Shown here one piece after another: positions 28,118 through 37,168 of a DNA stretch of 64,000 nucleotides. How positions within the stretch are numbered: the stretch's first letter is position 1; each line of letters begins with the position of its first letter. The DNA is from Spirochaetia bacterium. Lineage in GTDB: Bacteria > Spirochaetota > Spirochaetia > CADAEX01. Location of the stretch: positions 32,001 through 96,000 of the forward strand of contig JAZURI010000010.1 in assembly GCA_045606105.1 (NCBI GenBank), read 5' to 3'. The position numbers were made by a program, and so were the translations under genes. The notes under the pieces were generated by a model. The model was given only the letters and a program-made list of their open reading frames with translations. It was not told where the DNA came from and ran no database searches.

Positions 28118-28822
28118 TCAGAACTTACGGAACCTTCCGTCTGTCTTGTTGGTTTCGGCTATATTGCCGGCCATGGTATCCTCCCAGAACACGCAGGGAA
28201 CATTCCAGGTCTTTCCGTACAGGGCTTCAAGAAAAGCCGGTGCGTTTACAGGGACAGGCACATCAAGCCCCTGAAACGGAATCCTTTCCAGACCGTTATC
28301 CTTCCATGAGAGTTTAATTGCATTGAGTGTGTCGGATTCATCCCGCAGATAGGACCAACACCAAAGATTTCCTCTGCTTCTTGTAAAGACAAAAAGATCG
28401 AAATGGATAACGCCGTTGGAATACTTTTCCACAAAGCCTTCGTTAGGCATATAGTTTCCGTTCATGCTGTAGCGGTATTCTCTGACAAAGCCGATTTTCT
28501 CAAAACTCTTGAACAGGTTTTCATCATATTGGTCTGAAAAAACGCCCATCTCCAGGTCGTCGTCATGCTTTATGAAATCTTTTTCCCGGATTGCCCCCAG
28601 CAGGGTACCGAAACAGATGAAATAGTCAATTCCCAGATTATCAAAAGCATTGAGTACCTCCGGAAAATATTTCCTGACATTGGACTGGAAAACCACCGAT
28701 TTTGCCAGTTGCTTTTTCTCCCCTCTCTTTCTCCTGAGGGTTTTCAGGATGCCTCCCGTAATGGGATTGCTTTTCAGCAGCCGTTTGGCCGCACGGTAAA
28801 TTTTATTATCGTAAATACTCAA
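28118..28822 (-). CDS. LicD family nucleotidyltransferase-fold protein
   Basis: FGTLLGAIREKDFIKHDDDLE, HFDLF, P.N...FL..LYG..W..P. Confidence 0.82.
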   Translation of the reverse strand: MSIYDNKIYRAAKRLLKSNPITGGILKTLRRKRGEKKQLAKSVVFQSNVRKYFPEVLNAFDNLGIDYFICFGTLLGAIREKDFIKHDDDLEMGVFSDQYDENLFKSFEKIGFVREYRYSMNGNYMPNEGFVEKYSNGVIHFDLFVFTRSRGNLWCWSYLRDESDTLNAIKLSWKDNGLERIPFQGLDVPVPVNAPAFLEALYGKTWNVPCVFWEDTMAGNIAETNKTDGRFRKF

Positions 28823-30060
28823 AACAGATTCCTCAATTCCTTCAGCTCCTTCCCGAGTACGGAAGAAATTCTCTGAAGCTGATACCTGATATCACCCAGC
28901 TTCCGGCTTATTTTCATGGAAGCAGTCTTGTTGAAACCGCTGCCGTCAGTATATTTTATTCTTCTTCCAGAATTGTTGTATTTTTCTCCGAAAGGCTTGT
29001 CCACCTTGAAAATCAGTTCGTTTCCCACAGACCTTTCCTTCAGATTGATTATATCCCAGCCATAGCGGTTTTCCTTGTAGAAACAGCATTTTTCTTCAAG
29101 TATGCTCCGGAAGCTGTCGGCCGGATGGGCCTGATCTCCGTTGTTTTTTCCGTCTAAATGCTCGATGTAATAGTAATCGTCGGTTTTTACAGCCCAGAGG
29201 TTATAAGTACTGTAAAGGAACTGATCCACCCCTTTATAATGATAAATATCCTCCATGGCCACGATACGCCCGGTTTTCAGATCTTCAAGAGAGATACCGT
29301 CAGCTTCGGCCTTTTCGCCCAGCCATTCCGCTACGGTCGGAAAGATATCCATAAGGGAAACTGTCTTTTTTATCTCGTTTATTCCCTTGTCGCCCGCTCT
29401 GTGAACGAACAGGGTTATATTTGTACGGGTTTTTCCGATATACTCACTGTTTTTATCGTTTTCCAGAAGACAGCCATGGTCTGAGAACAGAATTATACGG
29501 TCAAATCTATTACCAACTGACCTGATAAATTTATCTATGGCAGAGGCAAGATGCTCCTGACCTACCTTATCGGCAATTTCACGGCTCACCACCGGACCGC
29601 AGGAATAATGATCCACCGCATCATGATAATCATCATATCCCAGCCAGACACACAGGTTTTTGCTGCTGTCTTTTTCTACAGCCTCTGTTATTTCATCGTA
29701 ATCAAAGAAAGCCTCGCCGCAGGAATCAAAATCCCGGGGAACGATTCCCTCTCTCGGGCTGAAAGAATATGGAGAAGCATAGTAGAGAGTCCTGAAATCA
29801 TGTCTTTTAAGAAGCCTGAACAGGTTATCGCATCCGATGTCCAGAAAATAATAGGGCCATTGTCCCCTTTTACGGCATCCGTTTCTTTTAGGATAAAGAC
29901 CGGTGTACATGCAGGCCAGAGCTCTCGGAGTTTCTGCCGCCGGGGTATACGCCTCACGGAACCAGGTGCCTCCCATTTTTTCCATCAATTCAAGCACGGG
30001 ACTGCCGGAAACAAGCTTATCCGGTCTCAGCATGTCACAGAAAAGAAAAAGTATCTTCAA
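28819..30060 (-). CDS. alkaline-phosphatase/sulfatase superfamily protein (paralog B)
   Basis: ILFLFCDMLRPD, YTPAAETPR....YTGLYP.RNG, DYH, FSDHG, SLMDIFPTV, DG.SL. Confidence 0.8.
   Translation of the reverse strand: MKILFLFCDMLRPDKLVSGSPVLELMEKMGGTWFREAYTPAAETPRALACMYTGLYPKRNGCRKRGQWPYYFLDIGCDNLFRLLKRHDFRTLYYASPYSFSPREGIVPRDFDSCGEAFFDYDEITEAVEKDSSKNLCVWLGYDDYHDAVDHYSCGPVVSREIADKVGQEHLASAIDKFIRSVGNRFDRIILFSDHGCLLENDKNSEYIGKTRTNITLFVHRAGDKGINEIKKTVSLMDIFPTVAEWLGEKAEADGISLEDLKTGRIVAMEDIYHYKGVDQFLYSTYNLWAVKTDDYYYIEHLDGKNNGDQAHPADSFRSILEEKCCFYKENRYGWDIINLKERSVGNELIFKVDKPFGEKYNNSGRRIKYTDGSGFNKTASMKISRKLGDIRYQLQRISSVLGKELKELRNLF
30013..30059. repeat. 47-nt direct repeat, copy 1 (5' end of paralog B)
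   Basis: 44/47 identical to 31305-31351 by manual alignment. Confidence 0.85.
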
Positions 30061-30062
30061 TT

Positions 30063-31352
30063 TTACTCCATCATGGCCTGAATAAGCCTTTTAAGCTTTT
30101 TCTTATTGGCAAGAATCTTGAACATCCTGAAAATCTGCAGAGAACGGATAAGAAATTTTGTCTTGAATATATCTGATTTGCTGTACAGTCTCCGCTCCTG
30201 ACCATCCGTAAACCTGATTGCCTTCCCTTTTTCGTTGAAAAGATGGGAAATGGGTGCCGGAAAGGGCTGAATTGTATTTTCATACTGTTTTACAACCTTC
30301 ATTCCGTATTTGTAGTCGCAGGAGTGTTCTTCGATTTTACTGCGGAAAAATGCCAGCTTTTCCTTATCGCCGAAGCTGCTGATTACTTTTCCGGTTCTGT
30401 TGTCTGTCAGTTTATAATGTCGGTCCAGAACAGGATCGTCAAAATCTATCTGCTGAGTAAAGTAATAATCCTTATCCACATAACACCAGACTGTATTTCT
30501 GAAGCCCACCTCGTTTGAGACAAAATAGTTGTTCTCAATTACCAGATAAGAGAAATCATCTGCCAATGTAAGACTCTTTCCGTCAAAATTTTCGCCAGAG
30601 GGATCCTTACCCAGAAGTTCCATTATTGTAGGATAAATATCCATTATTGAGACAATGCTGTCATTCTTAGCCAGTTTTTTATCCCCCTTCCTATGCCAGA
30701 AAAGGGTAATTCCGGTTCTGTCATAGTCCAGTACATCCAAACCTCTCCGAGACTCGTTGTAAAATTTGCAGCCATGATCAGAAAAAATAAAAATATGATC
30801 CCAATAGTCGGGGGAAATTATATCAAAAATCTGACTGAAAGTATTTGACAGATGCAACTGCCCGATCCTGTCTCCGATTGCAGCAGTAGGAGAAAGCCCG
30901 ATGGAGCCGTGATAATCCTCGATTGTCATGAAAGCAATGCTGTTTTCTTCTCTGTCCTTTCTGACCTGCTTCATCATTTCCAAAGGGTCATAAGAAAGAT
31001 AGGAATAATCAAACACATGCTCCGGAAACTGTTTCCTGGAATTGACAGGAGTGGCAAAGATATAGATTCTGTGCTGCTGTTCCCTGAAAAATCTGAAGAT
31101 ATGGTTTTCAGTCTCCAGATAGACCCTCGGATAATGCTCAATTTCCCGGCAGCCGTTTCTGTTCGGGTAAAGACCGGAATAAAAAGCTCCCATACTTCTG
31201 GATGTATCCGGTGCAGGAGAATAAGCTCTGGTATAGACTGTTCCTCCCAGCCTCTCAAGCCAGCCGTCTATCTCCCCTTTTTCCTTTTTCGGATTGACAC
31301 TGTTAAGCTGATCAGGTCTCAGCATGTCGCAGAAAAGAAAAAGTATCTTCAT
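30063..31352 (-). CDS. alkaline-phosphatase/sulfatase superfamily protein (paralog A)
   Basis: ILFLFCDMLRPD, YSPAPDTSR....YSGLYP.RNG, DYH, FSDHG, SIMDIYPTI, DGKSL. Confidence 0.8.
   Translation of the reverse strand: MKILFLFCDMLRPDQLNSVNPKKEKGEIDGWLERLGGTVYTRAYSPAPDTSRSMGAFYSGLYPNRNGCREIEHYPRVYLETENHIFRFFREQQHRIYIFATPVNSRKQFPEHVFDYSYLSYDPLEMMKQVRKDREENSIAFMTIEDYHGSIGLSPTAAIGDRIGQLHLSNTFSQIFDIISPDYWDHIFIFSDHGCKFYNESRRGLDVLDYDRTGITLFWHRKGDKKLAKNDSIVSIMDIYPTIMELLGKDPSGENFDGKSLTLADDFSYLVIENNYFVSNEVGFRNTVWCYVDKDYYFTQQIDFDDPVLDRHYKLTDNRTGKVISSFGDKEKLAFFRSKIEEHSCDYKYGMKVVKQYENTIQPFPAPISHLFNEKGKAIRFTDGQERRLYSKSDIFKTKFLIRSLQIFRMFKILANKKKLKRLIQAMME
31305..31351. repeat. 47-nt direct repeat, copy 2 (5' end of paralog A)
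   Basis: 44/47 identical to 30013-30059. Confidence 0.85.
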
Positions 31353-32302
31353 GAATTATATCCTTTAAACCATTCAATGAATTTATTCAGCCCCACCTTC
31401 AGGTCTGTTGAGGGAGCATACCCGTAATCCCGCTCCAGGGCAGAAATATCGGCAAAGGTTTCCAGAACATCACCGCTCTGCATAGGCATGAGGTTAAGCT
31501 CCGCCTTCCTCCCCAGTCCCTCTTCTATAAAACTGATCATATCGGAAAGCTTTTCAGGTTTACCGCGGCCGATATTATAGATACGGCACTTTTCAAAGGA
31601 ACCGAAATCGGAAAAAAGGATTCTTTCAACACCCTCAGTAACATCATCCACATAGGTGAAATCCCTTTTCATTTCTCCGAAATTATATACATCGATAGGT
31701 TTTCCTTCGGTTATTTTCTTTGCAAACTTGAAATAGGCCATATCAGGTCTTCCCAGAGGTCCGTAAACCGTAAAGAAACGGAGCCCCACCAGGTTCATCC
31801 CGTACATGTCGGCATAAACATGAGCCATAAGCTCATCAGCCTTTTTTGTGGCGGCATAGAGGCTGGCCGGAGAATCGGTCTTTTCAGTTTCTGTAAAAGG
31901 CATCTCCCGGTTGCGGCCGTAAACACTGGAGCTGCTGGCATAGACAATGTTTTTTGTCCCAGCCCGGCGGCAGCCCTCAAGAAGATTAAGAAATGCAGAA
32001 ATGTTGTTTTCTACATAGGTATACGGATTTTCTATGGAGTATCTGACGCCGGCCTGGGCTGCCAGGTTACATACCACATCAAAATTCTTTTCCTCCAGAA
32101 AAGAGAAAAGCTCTTCCCTGCAGCACATATCCAGCTTGCGGAAATCAAGTCCTTCAAGCTTTTCAAGACGGCTGTTCTTCAGCTCCACATCGTAGTAGGA
32201 GTTCATGGAATCAATGCCTGTGATTTCGGCATCGGTTTTCATAAGTCTCCGGCAGAGATGGTATCCTATGAATCCGGCTGCTCCGGTAACAAGTATTTTC
32301 AT
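31349..32302 (-). CDS. UDP-glucuronate 4-epimerase (NAD-dependent epimerase)
   Basis: GAAGFIG, LAAQAGVRYSIENP, YASSSSVYG, P.SLYAATKK, RFFTVYGP.GRPDMA, RDFTYVDD, MQ.GDV..T.AD. Confidence 0.9.
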   Translation of the reverse strand: MKILVTGAAGFIGYHLCRRLMKTDAEITGIDSMNSYYDVELKNSRLEKLEGLDFRKLDMCCREELFSFLEEKNFDVVCNLAAQAGVRYSIENPYTYVENNISAFLNLLEGCRRAGTKNIVYASSSSVYGRNREMPFTETEKTDSPASLYAATKKADELMAHVYADMYGMNLVGLRFFTVYGPLGRPDMAYFKFAKKITEGKPIDVYNFGEMKRDFTYVDDVTEGVERILFSDFGSFEKCRIYNIGRGKPEKLSDMISFIEEGLGRKAELNLMPMQSGDVLETFADISALERDYGYAPSTDLKVGLNKFIEWFKGYNS

Positions 32303-32304
32303 TT

Positions 32305-32748
32305 TCAGTGCTCCACCACGTCTCCGTTTACGATCTTGATGACCTGTGTGGTGGATATTCCCTGTGTACGAGGCACTACCACTACACGGCCCTGCTTATA
32401 AAGGTGACCGAACCAGTATTTTACATATTCCATATCGTCTGCAGCAATGAATATGGCATCAAGCCTGTATTTTTCCATGAAGTCGTTTACTGCAGCCTCT
32501 TCCAGGGCATGAGGTCCCCAGCTGCGGTCAACTATAACGGCATCATCCACATAACGGCAGGACTTTACAATTTCCAGCCTTTCGTTTTCGGAAAAAATCG
32601 GTTTCCGTTTTTCCTGAATGGTAAGCTCATCGGAATCGATTGTTGCCACCACCTCACTGAACATTTCCTTTGCCCTTTTCAGAAGACGGACATGTCCCAC
32701 ATGAAAAAGATCGAATACTCCGTTTACCGCACATCTGTTGTATTTCAT
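32305..32748 (-). CDS. TagD-like cytidylyltransferase
   Basis: GVFDLFHVGH, SD......KR.PI....ER, CRYVD, RTQGISTT. Start MKYNR at 32748. Confidence 0.85.
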   Translation of the reverse strand: MKYNRCAVNGVFDLFHVGHVRLLKRAKEMFSEVVATIDSDELTIQEKRKPIFSENERLEIVKSCRYVDDAVIVDRSWGPHALEEAAVNDFMEKYRLDAIFIAADDMEYVKYWFGHLYKQGRVVVVPRTQGISTTQVIKIVNGDVVEH

Positions 32749-32749
32749 A

Positions 32750-34054
32750 TTACCGTCCCACCGCAAGATATGTGAAGCCACCCTTTTCCAGAGTATTTCT
32801 GCAATATATGTTCCTCAGATCCGCAAAAACATTTCCTCTCATAAGCTGTCTGATCCGAGCTATATCGAGAGAACAGAACTGCTTCCATTCGGTAAGAAGA
32901 ACCAGAGCATCGGCTCCGTCTGCAGTTTCATAAGGATCTGTACTGTATTTTATACTGCTACCGAGGATCTTTTCCGCCTCTTTCATTCCTTCCGGATCGC
33001 AGGCTGTAATTTCCGCCCCATCCTTCAGAAGTTCGGGAATTATCACCAATGAAGGGGATTCCCTCATGTCATCTGTTTCAGGCTTGAAGGTAAGCCCCAG
33101 TATACCGATCCGCTTTCTCCGGAGATTGCCTCCCAGGGCTTCCTTTATCTTTTCCGCCATCCTGAGCTTCTGCCGGTTGTTGACCTCGGTTACTGCTTCA
33201 AGAATCTCTGATTTAAGTCCGTTGTCCCGGAAAATCCTGATAAGGGCTGAAACATCCTTCGGAAAACAGGAGCCGCCGTAGCCCGGACCTGCCTGAAGAA
33301 ATCTTGAACCGATTCTCCTGTCAAAGCCCATTCCCCTGGCCACATCCAGGACATCGGCCCCGGTTTTTTCACAGAGGGCAGATATTTCGTTGATAAATGA
33401 TATCTTGGCTGCAAGAAATGCGTTGCTGGCATATTTTATAAGTTCCGCAGTTTCTGTATTTGTCATGAAGACAGGGGTTCCGGAATCGGCAAGAGGGCCG
33501 TAGATTGTTCTCATCACTTCCCTTGCACGGGAGCTTTCGGCACCTATAACCACACGATCCGGTTTCAGGAAATCATCTATTGCCGATCCTTCCCTGAGAA
33601 ATTCGGGATTGGATGCCACATCAAAGTCAGCTTCCGGATTTTCCTCCCTGATTACCTGAGCCACCTTGCCGGCTGTTCCCACCGGTACGGTACTTTTATC
33701 TACAATAACGGTATATTTTCTGAGATGGGAGGCAAGCTCCTTCGCCGCCGCAAATACATAGGAAAGGTCGGCATGTCCGTCGCCTCTTCTGGAAGGGGTT
33801 CCCACTGCAATGAAAACCGCATCGGACTCCTCTATATGAGGGGCGTAATCCATGGAAAAAGCCAGTCTGCCTGCTTCTGCATTTCTCCTGACCATTTCAT
33901 CAAGGCCCGGCTCATAAATAGGAATCTGCCCTTTAAGCAGGGCCCCTATCCTCTCCTCGCTTTTATCTATACAAACAACATCCCAGCCGAATTCCGCAAA
34001 GCATGTTCCTGAAACAAGCCCTACATATCCGGTTCCGATGACAGATATTTTCAT
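32750..34054 (-). CDS. ugd: UDP-glucose 6-dehydrogenase
   Basis: GTGYVGL, PIYEPGL, IAVGTP, KSTVPVGT, SNPEFLREG, KYASNAFLA.KISFINE, GYGGSCFPKD, FKPETDD.RE. Confidence 0.95.
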   Translation of the reverse strand: MKISVIGTGYVGLVSGTCFAEFGWDVVCIDKSEERIGALLKGQIPIYEPGLDEMVRRNAEAGRLAFSMDYAPHIEESDAVFIAVGTPSRRGDGHADLSYVFAAAKELASHLRKYTVIVDKSTVPVGTAGKVAQVIREENPEADFDVASNPEFLREGSAIDDFLKPDRVVIGAESSRAREVMRTIYGPLADSGTPVFMTNTETAELIKYASNAFLAAKISFINEISALCEKTGADVLDVARGMGFDRRIGSRFLQAGPGYGGSCFPKDVSALIRIFRDNGLKSEILEAVTEVNNRQKLRMAEKIKEALGGNLRRKRIGILGLTFKPETDDMRESPSLVIIPELLKDGAEITACDPEGMKEAEKILGSSIKYSTDPYETADGADALVLLTEWKQFCSLDIARIRQLMRGNVFADLRNIYCRNTLEKGGFTYLAVGR

Positions 34055-34061
34055 TTTTCCT

Positions 34062-35306
34062 CTACTTTGAACCAAAACCTGTAAGAATGGTCTTGACTGT
34101 TTTTATAAAGATCAGCAGATCCAGCCAGAATCCCATATATTTAACATAATAAAGGTCATAGCTGAGCTTTTCTTCCGTCTCCTCCACTCCTGCGGCATAT
34201 CCCTGGACTACCTGTGCCCAGCCTGTAATACCCGGCGATGTAAGATGACGATATGCATAAAAAGGGATCTCCCTTTCAAATTCCTTTACAAAGCAGACCT
34301 GCTCCGGTCTGGGGCCGATAAGACTCATGTCTCCCTTGAGAACATTTACCAGCTGAGGAAGCTCATCAATCCTGAACTTCCTGAGAAATTTTCCCATAGG
34401 AATGATACGGCTGTCGTTGGTACAGGTAAACTTTGCTCCCTGGGCCTCGGACTCTGTAATCATGGTCCTGAACTTGTACATCCTGAAAGGCTTGCCTCCG
34501 CGGCCCACCCTTTCCTGAATAAAAAGAGCCGGTCCCCTGGAATTGGACTTGATGATGATGACGGCAAAAAGACAGAGAGGAAGAATAAGAGGAAGCCCCA
34601 CAATAACGGCAAGACATTCAAGAACCCGCTTTACCGCGAAATAGAGCTTCGGTACCTTGAATCTGGAAACCACACCGGAGGAAAGATGGCGGAGAGAAAT
34701 TCTTCCCGTTGCTTTCTCGTAAACAGTTGCAGCATGGTAGATAGGAATATTGGTAAGGCTTACATTGGCAATAAAACGCATCCATTCCGGAGATATCTTT
34801 TCGTGATAATCGATAATGATTCCGTCACAGTCCTTATTGATTTCAGGCTTTTCGAGAAGCTCCCACCGGTGGCTTCCCTTCTTTGCCAGCTCAAAGCCCA
34901 GCCCCACAGGACAGATAAGGTAGAAAAGGCTTTTCGGATTCCGGTACATGTAGAGCCCCAGTCCGATCCAGAAAACGGTGAACAAATAGAAAATCACCAG
35001 GAATTTTCTTGAATAATAGACCCTGCCTACTGCGATTACCGAAAGCATGATGCAGAGCACAACGGTTATGACAAAAGCCGCAATACCCAGCTGCTCTCGG
35101 AAAGAAAAGCGCTTAATCCTCAGCGACACTATGCCGGCTGCAAGATATCCGAGAATACATATCGAAAGAAAGGTCCTTTTATAAATTGCATCCCAGAATC
35201 TGAAATCCCCGTAAACCAGATAATAGGTTCCGAAAATCATCACCACCATTCCGAGAACAGTCCATACAAGTGCCTTTATAAGAGAACTGTCAATCTTGTT
35301 TTTCAT
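34062..35306 (-). CDS. priming polyprenyl-phosphate sugar phosphotransferase
   Basis: N-terminal TM segments; KR..E, F.QERVG..GK.F..YKFRTM, FLRK.RIDELPQL.NVLKGDMSLIGPRPE, PGITGWAQV. Confidence 0.92.
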   Translation of the reverse strand: MKNKIDSSLIKALVWTVLGMVVMIFGTYYLVYGDFRFWDAIYKRTFLSICILGYLAAGIVSLRIKRFSFREQLGIAAFVITVVLCIMLSVIAVGRVYYSRKFLVIFYLFTVFWIGLGLYMYRNPKSLFYLICPVGLGFELAKKGSHRWELLEKPEINKDCDGIIIDYHEKISPEWMRFIANVSLTNIPIYHAATVYEKATGRISLRHLSSGVVSRFKVPKLYFAVKRVLECLAVIVGLPLILPLCLFAVIIIKSNSRGPALFIQERVGRGGKPFRMYKFRTMITESEAQGAKFTCTNDSRIIPMGKFLRKFRIDELPQLVNVLKGDMSLIGPRPEQVCFVKEFEREIPFYAYRHLTSPGITGWAQVVQGYAAGVEETEEKLSYDLYYVKYMGFWLDLLIFIKTVKTILTGFGSK

Positions 35307-36399
35307 TCTTCTCCCTTTCCCCCACACAGGTAAACGCATATGCAAAAGTCAGAAGCGGTATGTAAATATTGGTCCTGTAACGAATGGCCGCTCCCGGATT
35401 CATTACCCCCTGGATATACTGGGCAAAAAGCAGAAGCACAACTGCCGCAAACCCGAATATCAACCACTGATAGTATACACTGAATTTCCTGAAAATATAC
35501 ACCGGTGCCTTGCGGAGAAGATAAACGAAAGAAAGCAGCAGAAAGCAGTTTTCGATAAAGGTTGCCTTATGCAGCACCGATTTTCCCAGCTCGGCCAGAG
35601 AAGGACCCCACAGGGAGAGTGGCATGAGGTACGGCATCTTGCGGATAAAGTCAAAATGCTCGGTAAAGACAGGCGCTCTCGTAGAACGGGCGGTACTTCT
35701 GTATATGGTATGGAGCTTGTTTAATGTATAGGTGTCTATCTTGTAACGGCACAGGTAAAAGGCCCCGAACATGCACAGCACCATGATTATCAGCAGCACA
35801 AGCTCGGTTTTCCAGGAAAGCGTTATTCTCTGCCTTACGAAAATATAGACAATGGAAAGAGCCAGGAAAGGAATGTAGTAAAATTTTATTACGCAGATAA
35901 ACCAGATTGCAAAAACCAGCGGAACGGAAAATTTTACCGGTTCTCCCTTGAAGAACTTAATGATCTGGGCACAGACGATTCCCATGGAAAATACGACAAG
36001 AGCCTCTTTGCTGGCAGTGGATGACCAAATAGTGAAAGAGGGGCTGAAGCAGAGCAAAATCAGGAAGGTGTACATTTTGGTATTGGCTGTTTTTGCGGCC
36101 TTGAGCAAAGTCCTGATTCCGTACCAGGCAAGACAGGCAAAAACCACGTGCACGAGAACCCTTACCTGAAGCACGCTGCTTACGGTACCGACAACCAGTC
36201 TCGGAAGGAGAACCCAGTCGGTGAATACCCGGTGACCATACTCCTGAAACATCTGGGCAGGTCTTGAATTGAGATAGAGATTAACATCACCCAGCCTTGT
36301 CAGATTGGCAATGACATATTCCGCCAGAAAAGAAAAAATTACCCTGTAGAAAAGCAGATATGTGATAAGCTTGTCAGGAGTGAAATATTTGTTCTTCAA
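35290..36399 (-). CDS. polytopic membrane protein, putative Wzy-like polymerase
   Basis: About 10 TM segments, PS..IWSS...KE, N.GAA.RYR. First gene of the left glycan gene run. Confidence 0.55.
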   Translation of the reverse strand: MKNKYFTPDKLITYLLFYRVIFSFLAEYVIANLTRLGDVNLYLNSRPAQMFQEYGHRVFTDWVLLPRLVVGTVSSVLQVRVLVHVVFACLAWYGIRTLLKAAKTANTKMYTFLILLCFSPSFTIWSSTASKEALVVFSMGIVCAQIIKFFKGEPVKFSVPLVFAIWFICVIKFYYIPFLALSIVYIFVRQRITLSWKTELVLLIIMVLCMFGAFYLCRYKIDTYTLNKLHTIYRSTARSTRAPVFTEHFDFIRKMPYLMPLSLWGPSLAELGKSVLHKATFIENCFLLLSFVYLLRKAPVYIFRKFSVYYQWLIFGFAAVVLLLFAQYIQGVMNPGAAIRYRTNIYIPLLTFAYAFTCVGEREKNEKQD

Positions 36400-36408
36400 A
36401 CGCTCACC

Positions 36409-36451
36409 TTGCTAAAATATTATAATCTGTTATACTATATATTAATAACAG
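36409..36451. promoter_or_regulatory. divergent promoter region with an inverted repeat
   Basis: TTGCTA-N16-TATACT on + (36409-36436), TATAAT on - (36424-36419), and CTGTTAT-N11-ATAACAG at 36427-36451. Confidence 0.45.
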
Positions 36452-36460
36452 GAAAAATCG

Positions 36461-37168
36461 ATGTCCATAATAAAACTGGAAAATGTAAAAAAATATTATA
36501 CTCTGGGAAAAACAGAGGTTTCTGCCATAAAAGGGGTCTCCTTCGACATAGACAGAGGAGATTTTGTCTCAATAATCGGCCCTTCCGGTTCCGGAAAGTC
36601 CACCATCCTCAACATGATCGGATGTATTGATGTTCCGTCTGAGGGAAAGGTCATAATCAACGGCCGGGAAACTTCCCATCTTTCCGACAGGGAGATAACC
36701 GAGCTCCGCCATGAGGTTCTGGGCTTCATCTTCCAGTCCTTCAACCTTCTTCCGGTACTCAATGTCTATGAAAACATTGAATTTCCGTTCCTTATCGGCA
36801 AGAAAAAGTTCACTTCCGCCGAAAAAAAGGAGCATAAGGATTATATCGAGCACCTTATCGATGCCGTAGGGCTTACAAACTGGAGAAATCACCGTCCCAA
36901 CGAGCTTTCGGGAGGACAGCGGCAGAGAGTAGCCATTGCCCGTGCCCTGGCAACAAAACCTAAGGTTATCCTTGCAGATGAGCCTACCGCCAACCTGGAC
37001 AGCAAGACCGGAGAGGATATCATTGCCCTCATGAAGAAAATCAACAAGGATCTCGGTACAACATTTATCTTCTCAACCCATGACCAGAATATTTTCTCTA
37101 TTGCAGACCATGTGATCCGCCTGAAGGACGGACTTGTGGTTGAGGATTTCAGACAGACCGATAATTAG
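36461..37168 (+). CDS. ABC transporter ATP-binding protein, LolD/MacB type
   Basis: GPSGSGKST, GFIFQSFNL, ELSGGQRQRVAIARAL, ILADEPTANLDS, STHD. Confidence 0.95.
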   Translation: MSIIKLENVKKYYTLGKTEVSAIKGVSFDIDRGDFVSIIGPSGSGKSTILNMIGCIDVPSEGKVIINGRETSHLSDREITELRHEVLGFIFQSFNLLPVLNVYENIEFPFLIGKKKFTSAEKKEHKDYIEHLIDAVGLTNWRNHRPNELSGGQRQRVAIARALATKPKVILADEPTANLDSKTGEDIIALMKKINKDLGTTFIFSTHDQNIFSIADHVIRLKDGLVVEDFRQTDN

